Below, piece by piece: positions 55,369-64,000 of a stretch of 64,000 nucleotides of DNA. The DNA comes from Candidatus Omnitrophota bacterium (lineage in GTDB: Bacteria; Omnitrophota; Gorgyraeia; Zapsychrales; Zapsychraceae). Location of the stretch: assembly GCA_021108075.1 (NCBI GenBank), contig JAIORP010000197.1, positions 20,509-84,508 on the forward strand. Direction: 5' to 3'. A program made the position numbers and the translations under genes. The notes beneath the pieces were generated by a model. That model did not search any database and was not told the DNA's origin. It saw only the letters and a program-made list of their open reading frames with translations. Positions within the stretch are counted from its first letter, which is position 1. The number at the start of each line of letters is the position of its first letter.

Positions 55369-56595
55369 ATGAAAAAACATATTGTTGTTCAGAAATATGG
55401 AGGATCATCTGTCGCGAATATCGACCGCATTAAAACGGTTGCCAAACGCATTGTTGACTCAAAGACAACAAACAATCATCTGGTTGTTGTTGTTTCCGCC
55501 CTGGGCGATACCACCGATGAATTAGAAGAGATGGCCTTCAGCATCACAAAAACCCCGCCGGAACGGGAAATGGATATGCTGATGTCCACCGGCGAACAGA
55601 TTTCCTGCGCCTTGCTGGCCATGGCCATCAAAACGATGGGGCGTGACGCGATTTCCTTAACAGGTCAACAAGTCGGCATTCAAACAGACAAAGCGCATAC
55701 CAGGGCGCGGATCCATACGATCTGCGGACAAAGAATCCGAAAGGCCTTAAGTAAAAACCAGATCGTTATTGTCGCCGGGTTTCAAGGTGTCAGCCTTGAG
55801 CAGGAGATCACAACCCTTGGCCGTGGAGGATCCGATTTAACCGCCGTGGCCCTGGCCCAGGCCCTTAAAGCCAAAGTCTGCGAAATTTACACAGACGTTA
55901 AAGGTATTTACACAACGGACCCACGCATTGTTAAGCAGGCCCGAAAAATTAAGACCATTACTTTTGATGAAATGATGGAAATGGCTTCATTAGGCGCGCA
56001 AGTGATGCAGGCGAGGTCTATCGAAGTTGCCAAAAAATTTAATATTCCTATTCACGTAAGATCAAGCTTTTCGAAGGAGGAAGGAACTATGATCGTGAAA
56101 AATAAAGAAAAATTAGAAGAGATAGCGGTCCGCGGCGTAACCAGGAATAAATCCGAAGCAAAAATTACGATCTGCGCCGTGCCTGACCAGCCCGGTATCG
56201 CCGCCAAAATTTTCTCGGCGGTCTCACAAACAGGCGCCAATGTTGATATCATTGTTCAAAATATCAGTCATACCCGTCATACCGATATTTCCTTCACCGT
56301 TCTTAAAAAAGATATCCATAAGGCTCTGACAGCGGCTAAAAAGATTGCCGAAAAAATTAAAGCAGGGGATGTGCTGCACGAAGACGATATCGCCCGTGTT
56401 TCGATTGTCGGTTCCGGTATGCGTTCACACACAGGGATTGCCGCTCTCATGTTTCAAACTCTAGCTAAAAACAAAATTAATATCGACATGATTTCCACGT
56501 CTGAAATCAGCATTTCCTGTATTATTTCATCCGAACAATCTGATAAAGCGGTTCAGGTTTTACACAAAGCCTTTAATTTAGACAAGATAAAATAA
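55369..56595 (+). CDS. lysC: Aspartate kinase
   Basis: VQKYGGSSV, VVVVSA.GDTTD, TTLGRGGSD, YTDV.G.YTTDPR, two ACT domains. Confidence 0.95.
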   Translation: MKKHIVVQKYGGSSVANIDRIKTVAKRIVDSKTTNNHLVVVVSALGDTTDELEEMAFSITKTPPEREMDMLMSTGEQISCALLAMAIKTMGRDAISLTGQQVGIQTDKAHTRARIHTICGQRIRKALSKNQIVIVAGFQGVSLEQEITTLGRGGSDLTAVALAQALKAKVCEIYTDVKGIYTTDPRIVKQARKIKTITFDEMMEMASLGAQVMQARSIEVAKKFNIPIHVRSSFSKEEGTMIVKNKEKLEEIAVRGVTRNKSEAKITICAVPDQPGIAAKIFSAVSQTGANVDIIVQNISHTRHTDISFTVLKKDIHKALTAAKKIAEKIKAGDVLHEDDIARVSIVGSGMRSHTGIAALMFQTLAKNKINIDMISTSEISISCIISSEQSDKAVQVLHKAFNLDKIK

Positions 56596-56607
56596 GAGGA
56601 CAATAGC

Positions 56608-58179
56608 ATGCCAAACATAACGATATATGACACAACCTTGCGGGATGGATCCCAGACAGAAGGGATATCCTTCTCCGTCAATGATAAAATAAAAATCGCG
56701 CAAAAACTCGATCAGTTCGGGGTGCATTACATTGAAGGGGGCTGGCCAGGGTCCAATCCCAAGGACCGCGACTTCTTTAATTATTATAAAAATAAAAAGT
56801 TGAAAAATGCCACGATCGCGTCATTCGGGTCAACCCGGCGGGCGAAAATCTCTGCCGCGGACGATATCAATCTGAAAGAATTGATCAAGTCAAAAACAAG
56901 GACTGTCACAATTTTTGGAAAGACATGGGATATGCATGTCACCGATGTCATCAAAACCACCTTAGATGAAAATCTAAACATGATCGCGGACTCCGTGAAA
57001 TTTCTTAAGCAAAAAAAGAAAGAAGTGTTTTATGACGCGGAGCACTTCTTTGATGGATACAAAGAAAACCCAAAATACGCCCTGCAAACATTGTTAGCCG
57101 CTCAAGAGGCAGGCGCGGACTGCATTATCTTATGCGATACCAACGGCGGAACATTGACACACGACGTATCACAAATCATCGGAGAGATCAAACCGCGTAT
57201 CGATGTGGATTTAGGGGTACACACTCATAACGATTTAGGACTGTCTGTGGCGAACAGCATCGCGGCTGTGGTAGCCGGTTGCGTCCATATTCAAGGCACG
57301 TTTAACGGCATCGGAGAACGCTGCGGGAATGCTGACCTGTGCACCTGTATCGGTATCCTGCACGCGAAAATGAAAATGAAAACAATACCGGCGAAAAATA
57401 TGCCCAAACTGCTGGAGACAGCGCACTTCATCAGTGAAATGAGCAACTGGAGGATTCCGGAGAATACCCCGTTTGTCGGTCAATCCGCCTTCGCGCATAA
57501 AGGCGGGGTTCACATTGACGCGATGTTAAAAAATTCAAAGGCCTATGAACAAGTCGACCCGCACGTTTTCGGCAATCACCGCCGTTATATCACCTCCGAA
57601 TTGGCAGGGAAGATGCCGATCATCCTGAAGGCCGAACAAATCGACGTCAAACTGGATAAGAAGTCCGCAGAGGCCAAAAAACTATTAAAGGACCTCCAGA
57701 AAAAAGAACACAGCGGGTATCAATTTGAAGGGGCGGAGGCATCCTTTGAACTGTTCATGAAAAGACACTTGAAAAAATACACATCCTTCTTTAAATTAGA
57801 AGGCTTTAAGGTTTCAACCGAAAAAAGATTTGACGGAAAAATATTCGCTGAGGCCTCCATACGTGTTAATGTTAACGGCGAGGAAAGATTCAGCGCGGCT
57901 GCCGGAGACGGCCCGGTTGATGCTTTAGACCAGGCCATGCGCCAGGCGTTAACGAAATTCTATCCGCGCATCAATGAAATGCATCTCAGTGATTTTAAAG
58001 TGCGCGTGATCGACACCCAGGCCGGGACCGCCGCGCGCGTCCGGGTTTTAATTGAATCAACAGACAACACCGACTCATGGACAACCGTCGGGGTGCATGA
58101 AAACATCATCGAAGCGAGCTGGGAAGCCTTGATCGACAGCATTGAGTATAAGCTATTAAAAGACGGTAAAAAGAAATAA
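56608..58179 (+). CDS. cimA: Citramalate synthase
   Basis: YDTTLRDGSQ, YIEGGWPGSNPKD, FGKTW, YDAEHFFDG, HTHND, GERCGN, HKGG.H. Confidence 0.9.
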   Translation: MPNITIYDTTLRDGSQTEGISFSVNDKIKIAQKLDQFGVHYIEGGWPGSNPKDRDFFNYYKNKKLKNATIASFGSTRRAKISAADDINLKELIKSKTRTVTIFGKTWDMHVTDVIKTTLDENLNMIADSVKFLKQKKKEVFYDAEHFFDGYKENPKYALQTLLAAQEAGADCIILCDTNGGTLTHDVSQIIGEIKPRIDVDLGVHTHNDLGLSVANSIAAVVAGCVHIQGTFNGIGERCGNADLCTCIGILHAKMKMKTIPAKNMPKLLETAHFISEMSNWRIPENTPFVGQSAFAHKGGVHIDAMLKNSKAYEQVDPHVFGNHRRYITSELAGKMPIILKAEQIDVKLDKKSAEAKKLLKDLQKKEHSGYQFEGAEASFELFMKRHLKKYTSFFKLEGFKVSTEKRFDGKIFAEASIRVNVNGEERFSAAAGDGPVDALDQAMRQALTKFYPRINEMHLSDFKVRVIDTQAGTAARVRVLIESTDNTDSWTTVGVHENIIEASWEALIDSIEYKLLKDGKKK

Positions 58180-58265
58180 CGGACACAGACGTGACAAATC
58201 CCAAAAAAGGGGAAAAAACCTAAAAAGCGCGTTCGCCTGTTCCTGACTTGAATAAAGAGGAGACT

Positions 58266-60902
58266 ATGACAGAATTATCAACACGTTTTAATTTTAAAGA
58301 GATCGACGAGAAATGGTGCCAGCATTGGGTTGACAAACAGACATTCCACGCCGAACCCAATCCGGATAAAAAACCTTTTTCCATTGTGATACCACCCCCC
58401 AACGTCACGGGTATTCTGCATATGGGGCACGCGCTGAATAATACCCTGCAGGATATCAGTATGCGTTACTGGCGCATGAACGGTCGTGAAGCCATGTGGA
58501 TGCCGGGCACCGACCACGCGGGTATCGCCACACAAAACGTGGTCGAGAAGCAGCTGGCCAAAGAAGGCACACGCCGCCAGGAGGTCGGACGGGAAGCGTT
58601 TTTAGAACGGTTATGGTCCTGGAAAAAGGAATATGGGGATACCATTATTCATCAGCTTAAAAAGCTTGGTTCTTCCTGCGATTGGCCCAGAACCCGTTTC
58701 ACCATGGATGACGGTTATAGTGCCGCGGTCAAAAAAGTCTTTGTCGCTTTATACGATAAAGGGCTGATCTACCGTGGAGAATATATCATCAACTGGTGTC
58801 CGCGTTGCCTCACGGCGCTGTCTGATGAAGAAGCCGAACATCACGACACCCAAGGACACTTGTATTATATCCAATACCCCTTTAAAGACCATCCGCAGGA
58901 ATCCTTGACCGTCGCGACAACCCGGCCGGAAACCATGTTGGGGGATACCGCTGTCGCCGTCAATCCCAAAGATGAACGCTACAGCCAATATATCGGAAAG
59001 ACCATCGTGTTGCCCCTGATCAACCGGGAAATCCCGGTCATCGCCGATGATTTTGTTAACCCCCAATTCGGGACCGGGGCGGTTAAAGTGACGCCGGCCC
59101 ATGATCCCAATGACTTCATGATGGGCCAAAGGCACAACTTGCCGTTTATCAATATCATGCGCCCGAACGCGGTGTTGAATGAAAACGCGGGAGACTTTAG
59201 TGATATGGACCGTTTCGAAGCGCGTGAAGCGATTATCGAAACATTGCGCGAACAAAAACTTCTGTCGGATATTAAGGCCCATCCACATGCTGTCGGGCAT
59301 TGTTACCGCTGCCACACGGTGGTCGAACCTTACCTGTCGCGCCAATGGTTTGTCAAGATGAAACCGCTGGCCGAACCGGCGATAAAAGTCGTGCGGGAGG
59401 GGAAAATTAATTTTTACCCGCAACGCTGGACAAAGGTTTACATGAACTGGATGGAGAATATCCGTGACTGGTGTATCTCCCGGCAAATCTGGTGGGGGCA
59501 CCGCATCCCGGTCTGGTATTGCGCCGACTGTCCACCGGAAAAAAATGTGATCGTCGCGCAGGAAACGCCGTCCGCCTGTCCTGTGTGCCAATCAACCCGA
59601 TTGACACAAGATGAAGATGTGCTCGACACGTGGTTTTCTTCCTGGCTCTGGCCGTTTGCCACATTGGAATGGCCGCATGACAACGAAGCCCTGAAATATT
59701 TTTATCCGACAAACTGTCTGTTTACAGCCCCGGAGATCATCTTCTTTTGGGTCGCACGCATGATTATGGCCGGGTTAGAATTCATGGGCGACATTCCCTT
59801 TGAAGATGTTTACCTTCACGGAACAGTGCGCGACGCCAAAGGACGTAAGATGTCCAAGTCTCTGGGAAACGCCATTGATCCACTGGAGATCATCGAAGAA
59901 TACGGTGCTGACGCATTGCGCTTCAGTCTGATCGTCAATTCAGGACAAGACCTGTTTATCTCAAAGGAAAAATTTGAAATTGGCCGCAACTTTGCCAACA
60001 AAATCTGGAACGCCTCGCGCCTGGTCCTCATGAACAGCCCTCAAGCCGACCGCACGGCAACATTAGAAGACCTCGCCGCGCAAAAGGATAGTGATTTACC
60101 GTCGCGCTGGATCATAGCCCGTTTTTATGCCACCCTTGAGAAAATAAACGTGGCCATTGAGAAATACAAATATTCGGAAGCGGAAAACCTCATTTATGAA
60201 TTCTTCTGGACAAACTTTTGCGACTGGTATCTTGAAATCATTAAAAAACAATGGCACGATCAGACCATCCAGACGATCGCTTACAAAATCCTGGAGAACG
60301 CGTTAAAAATCATTCATCCGTTCATGCCGTTTGTGACCGAAGAAATCTGGCGGCACATGCAAACGGATCAGACCCTCATCAGTGTGTCTGCCTGGCCAAC
60401 ACGGGGGGATAACCTCGAGGATGAAAGGATATCACAGGACATGCAAATCCTGATCGACGTCGTGACAGCCATCCGTAACGCCCGTTCGGAATGGAATATC
60501 CCGAATCAGCAAGACATCCAGTGTACCCTGGTCTGCACATCAAATGACAGTCAACGTTTGCTGAAAGACAATATGTCCATTATTGAATTCTTAGGACGCG
60601 TGAAAGACGGGGCCATTACGGACAAAAAAGAAGACGTAAAAAATGCCGCGATCTCTGTGATTCAAGACATCACCTGTGTCATCCCGCTCGGCGATGTGAT
60701 CGACATCGCTAAAGAGAAAACACGGATATCGACCCAGATCCAAAAAACGCAGAAAACGGCGGATAACCTGACAAAACGGTTACAAAATGAAACTTTTCTT
60801 AACAAAGCACCGGCTGATGTTATCCAAAAGGAGAAAGAACGGTTAAGTCAATGGCAGCATGAAATGACGACGTTAAAAGCTGTCTTATCGAACTTAGAAT
60901 AA
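58266..60902 (+). CDS. valS: Valine-tRNA ligase
   Basis: PPPNVTG.LHMGH, DHAGIATQ, DWCISRQIWWGHRIP, KMSKS, C-terminal coiled coil; GAGGAG RBS before ATG 58266. Confidence 0.97.
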   Translation: MTELSTRFNFKEIDEKWCQHWVDKQTFHAEPNPDKKPFSIVIPPPNVTGILHMGHALNNTLQDISMRYWRMNGREAMWMPGTDHAGIATQNVVEKQLAKEGTRRQEVGREAFLERLWSWKKEYGDTIIHQLKKLGSSCDWPRTRFTMDDGYSAAVKKVFVALYDKGLIYRGEYIINWCPRCLTALSDEEAEHHDTQGHLYYIQYPFKDHPQESLTVATTRPETMLGDTAVAVNPKDERYSQYIGKTIVLPLINREIPVIADDFVNPQFGTGAVKVTPAHDPNDFMMGQRHNLPFINIMRPNAVLNENAGDFSDMDRFEAREAIIETLREQKLLSDIKAHPHAVGHCYRCHTVVEPYLSRQWFVKMKPLAEPAIKVVREGKINFYPQRWTKVYMNWMENIRDWCISRQIWWGHRIPVWYCADCPPEKNVIVAQETPSACPVCQSTRLTQDEDVLDTWFSSWLWPFATLEWPHDNEALKYFYPTNCLFTAPEIIFFWVARMIMAGLEFMGDIPFEDVYLHGTVRDAKGRKMSKSLGNAIDPLEIIEEYGADALRFSLIVNSGQDLFISKEKFEIGRNFANKIWNASRLVLMNSPQADRTATLEDLAAQKDSDLPSRWIIARFYATLEKINVAIEKYKYSEAENLIYEFFWTNFCDWYLEIIKKQWHDQTIQTIAYKILENALKIIHPFMPFVTEEIWRHMQTDQTLISVSAWPTRGDNLEDERISQDMQILIDVVTAIRNARSEWNIPNQQDIQCTLVCTSNDSQRLLKDNMSIIEFLGRVKDGAITDKKEDVKNAAISVIQDITCVIPLGDVIDIAKEKTRISTQIQKTQKTADNLTKRLQNETFLNKAPADVIQKEKERLSQWQHEMTTLKAVLSNLE

Positions 60903-60906
60903 CGCT

Positions 60907-61770
60907 ATGGAAATACACGATATAGATAAATACATTAAATTGGCGCTAAAAGAAGACCTGGGAGGGGAGGACATCACCACCAATGCCCTCGTGCCCGTAG
61001 ACGATTATTCCAAGGCCCATATTGTCGTCAAAGAAAACGCCATGCTCTGCGGGTTAAAAATCGCCAGAGAAGTCTTTAAAAAACTGGACCCTAAAATTAT
61101 TTTTCATACCCTGCACAAAGACAGCGATCATGTTGAAAAAAATATGATCATCGCCACTATAAAAGGGCAGACACGGGCCATTTTAACAGGCGAACGCACC
61201 GCCTTAAATTTTCTGGGATACCTTTCTGGAATCGCAACGCATACTCACAAATTTATCGAAGCCGTCCGGCCTTATGATGTGGAAATCCTGGACACAAGAA
61301 AAACAGCTCCGGGATTGCGCCAATTAAAAAAATACGCGGTCAAATGCGGAGGGGGAAAAAACCACCGTATCAATTTAAATGAAATGGTCATGATCAAAGA
61401 CAATCACCGTGAAGCCTGTCATCCGCATGTTTCCATTACGGAATCGATTCATATCGCGCGGCGGCACACACGCAAGACGGTTGAAATCGAAGTCGACACG
61501 TTGGACCAATTCCTTGAAGCCATCAAGGCGCATCCTGATATCATTTTGTTAGACAATATGTCCTTTGCCGAAATGAAGGAGGCCGTCAAGTTGAACAAAA
61601 AAAGCGTCTTTCTAAAAAAGCCATTATTAGAAGCGTCCGGGGGGATCACACTTCACAAAGTCCGCCACGTCGCCGAAACAGGTGTAGACCGCATATCCAT
61701 CGGGTCACTCACGCACACAACAAGAATGATTGACGTGTCATTAGAACTGTTATCTGATGATGACAACTAA
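60907..61770 (+). CDS. nadC: Quinolinate phosphoribosyltransferase (decarboxylating)
   Basis: ED....DIT, ERTALN, DTRKT.PG, IKDNH, EIEVD, LLDNM, EASGG. Confidence 0.95.
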   Translation: MEIHDIDKYIKLALKEDLGGEDITTNALVPVDDYSKAHIVVKENAMLCGLKIAREVFKKLDPKIIFHTLHKDSDHVEKNMIIATIKGQTRAILTGERTALNFLGYLSGIATHTHKFIEAVRPYDVEILDTRKTAPGLRQLKKYAVKCGGGKNHRINLNEMVMIKDNHREACHPHVSITESIHIARRHTRKTVEIEVDTLDQFLEAIKAHPDIILLDNMSFAEMKEAVKLNKKSVFLKKPLLEASGGITLHKVRHVAETGVDRISIGSLTHTTRMIDVSLELLSDDDN

Positions 61771-61773
61771 AAC

Positions 61774-62520
61774 ATGGGAAAACACATGAAACATAAACGC
61801 ATTATACTTTTTAGCGTCTTTTTATTAAGCGCGACTATCCGTCCTTGTGTCCCGCACTCGTTCGCGCAAGAAGAACAGGAAACATCAACGTCCAAAAGCA
61901 ATGTCTATGATTTTCAAAAAACCACGGAAGAAATTACGTTCACGATGTTTGATGATAAGATGCTGCTCGACGGCTACCGCAAGAAGTACGAAAACTTATC
62001 CAAAGACGTTTTGTTGGCGATGATTCAGGACGAAGGATTAAATTCCTATAAAATCGCCGCGGCTGTCAGGGTCTTTACCGATAAGCACAGCCAGGAAGTT
62101 GTCTCCAAAGAAAAAAAGTCAGTTGAAAAGATTTTCCTGAGACGGCTCAACAGAACAGATTCACCCTTTATCCAGGTTGAAATCCTTTATGCCTTATGTC
62201 AGTTGGATCGTTACCGCTATTTTAAATCGATGGTCCCCGCCCTGATTCAAAAACTGAAACATTACAATACAGCTATCAACGATCTCGCGTTTGAGAATCT
62301 CAATTTACTCATCAAGCAGGGTCAAACCCGTCCACGTGAAGCCCGGATCGTCTTTAACACTTTACGCAAAACATTATTCTTAACACGTCGGCGCTTAAGC
62401 CAGATGACGGAGCCGGATCCTAAGCTGTCCAAAATGCTCGAATTGCTGCGCTGGTCCATTAAAATTCTCGGGCGTTTAGAACTCAAAAAGTTACCCAAAG
62501 AAGTCCTGCATCTATTGTAA
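61774..62520 (+). CDS. Exported hypothetical alpha-helical (HEAT-like) protein
   Basis: Signal peptide ending in SFA; helical composition; no recognised family. Confidence 0.7.
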   Translation: MGKHMKHKRIILFSVFLLSATIRPCVPHSFAQEEQETSTSKSNVYDFQKTTEEITFTMFDDKMLLDGYRKKYENLSKDVLLAMIQDEGLNSYKIAAAVRVFTDKHSQEVVSKEKKSVEKIFLRRLNRTDSPFIQVEILYALCQLDRYRYFKSMVPALIQKLKHYNTAINDLAFENLNLLIKQGQTRPREARIVFNTLRKTLFLTRRRLSQMTEPDPKLSKMLELLRWSIKILGRLELKKLPKEVLHLL

Positions 62521-62535
62521 GTCAAGGAGGGTCTT

Positions 62536-64000
62536 ATTATTCTCAAAAGCACCGCAAAAACAAGACACTGGTTGATTTATGTCGCTCTGACGATTATTAG
62601 TATTGTTATCTGGTACCAATTCACATTCCCCCAATTGTGTTTGGTTCAAAACAACATTGACCGTCCACAGGCTCTGGAGAACGCAAAAGTTTTCATCCAA
62701 TACCATTACCCGGATATGGATATCGAGGATTATAGCTCGGCGTCTATTTTTGAACGGGAGTGGGTGGCGATACGTTACTTGCAAAAAACCCTGGGCTTTA
62801 AAAGCATGCAGCAATTTGTCAAGGAGAATAACTTCGATCTCTTTTTCTGGGTGGTTCGATTCTTCAAAGAAAACCAAAAGGAAGAATTCCGGCTTTCTGT
62901 CAGCGCGACAACCGGCCAGGTTATTGCCTTTAAACATACCATCGATAATAATGCGGCACGGGGCGATATCGAGACAACAGTGGCCCAGCAACGGATCATC
63001 AGCTTTTTTGAGGATCAATTCGATTTTGAATCCGGGCAGTACTCTCCTAAAGGAGATTATCATTCCATCCTGGACAACCGCACAGATCGATCTTATTCCT
63101 GGAAAAAAAATTCGGTTAATATCCCGTGGAGCTCAAATAAAAATACCGGGACGGCAAAATTATATTCAAGCGCGACAATATCCGGGCAAGAAATCCTATC
63201 TTTCGCAAAGAACACTTTTGAAATCCCGGAACAGTTTAACCGCTATCTTTCGCGGAGTAAAGTCATCGGCCAGAACCTATCGATGATTGTTAAAATTTTC
63301 ATATCGATCCTTTTTTTCGGTGCTGTCTTGACACTGATGTTACAGCATAACCACTTAGCCATGCATACGACAAAAAAGTTCTATATGGTTATCAGTGCCT
63401 GCGCGTTTATTATGATCATCGGTTCATCTTTGAATTATTTTGAAGCAATCATCTTTTCCTACCCGACCACCGAAGCATTCGATTCGTTTATTTCCCGATA
63501 CTTTCTCAGTAAATTTATGCCCGCGTTGATTTTGGCCGTCAGCTTGCTCATGCCGGGCTTATCCGGCGAGCTTTTGCATTACGAACAATTGCAAAACAAA
63601 AAGGAAGGCTCCTTTTTGTCGTATATCCATTCATCATTTTTTACACGGCCCGTCGGGGATGCCATCATCCTGGGATATCTCGGCTGTTTTTGCATGCTGG
63701 GCATGCAATCCCTGATTTCATTTATCGGGCAAAAATATTGGGGTGTTTGGATCGAATACTATTTCTTAACAAACTTATCAACCAGTTATATTCCTTTTTT
63801 AGCGGCTTTAGCGATCGGATTTAATGCCAGTTTTTCCGAAGAAATTATGTATCGTCTTTTTGCCATCAGTTGGGGTAAAAAACTTTTTAAAAGCACCTTT
63901 CTGGCCGCCTTTGTGGCCAGTCTTATCTGGGGATTCGCCCATAGCGGATATCCTGTTTTTCCCATGTGGTTTAGAGGAGTTGAGGTGACATTACTCGGAC
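62536..64000 (+). CDS. CPBP (Abi/CAAX-protease) family intramembrane metalloprotease; 3'-partial, probable ATT start
   Basis: Absent from the ORF track because it runs off the end. Frame reads IILKSTAKTRHWLIYVALTII... through to SEEIMYR...IWGFAH (EExxxR and FxxxH-type motifs). Confidence 0.8.
   Translation, partial: MILKSTAKTRHWLIYVALTIISIVIWYQFTFPQLCLVQNNIDRPQALENAKVFIQYHYPDMDIEDYSSASIFEREWVAIRYLQKTLGFKSMQQFVKENNFDLFFWVVRFFKENQKEEFRLSVSATTGQVIAFKHTIDNNAARGDIETTVAQQRIISFFEDQFDFESGQYSPKGDYHSILDNRTDRSYSWKKNSVNIPWSSNKNTGTAKLYSSATISGQEILSFAKNTFEIPEQFNRYLSRSKVIGQNLSMIVKIFISILFFGAVLTLMLQHNHLAMHTTKKFYMVISACAFIMIIGSSLNYFEAIIFSYPTTEAFDSFISRYFLSKFMPALILAVSLLMPGLSGELLHYEQLQNKKEGSFLSYIHSSFFTRPVGDAIILGYLGCFCMLGMQSLISFIGQKYWGVWIEYYFLTNLSTSYIPFLAALAIGFNASFSEEIMYRLFAISWGKKLFKSTFLAAFVASLIWGFAHSGYPVFPMWFRGVEVTLLG

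Noticed and set aside
58749-59591. 280-aa antisense ORF
   Set aside because: Shadow of valS on the opposite strand with no domain motifs; the same applies to the many short antisense ORFs in the track.
62512-63286. ORFs 62603-63286(+), 62512-63063(-) and 62775-62999(-)
   Set aside because: Alternative frames overlapping the real CPBP protease gene, which runs off the window end.

Overview
Bacterial chromosomal window; the hom-thrC-coaB-apgM-lysC-cimA-valS-nadC gene order is compatible with Ca. Omnitrophota or a similar anaerobe (inference only). It has four blocks. (1) About 1-13.6 kb: an AT-rich sensory block with an OprB-type porin, a CysP/PiT-family permease, two substrate-binding-protein/histidine-kinase pairs with duplicated kinase cores, and several receiver proteins. 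(2) About 14-40.9 kb: a ~27 kb co-directional type II FAS/PKS lipid cluster. It has an aryl-polyene-like export and attachment chassis plus two B12 radical SAM enzymes, a radical SAM-SPASM/dehydratase fusion, a phytoene-desaturase-like oxidoreductase and a dissociated ACP/condensation/adenylation module, and it resembles the anammox 'ladderane candidate' type of cluster. (3) About 41-49.5 kb: a candidate nucleotide-signalling/defence island, with a DUF4062(TIR-like)-NACHT-TPR STAND protein divergent from a RelA/SpoT synthetase-TPR-SLOG-RyR fusion followed by a NUDIX hydrolase, and a structured non-coding leader between them. (4) 50-64 kb: tRNA-Pro(GGG) and housekeeping genes. A MITE family (80/102 bp, TACC...GGTA ends, 3-bp TAA target duplication) occurs six times; one copy is inserted in-frame in a signal peptide and one carries a nested 36-bp hairpin element. 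All calls come from motif reading by eye; no database searches were run.
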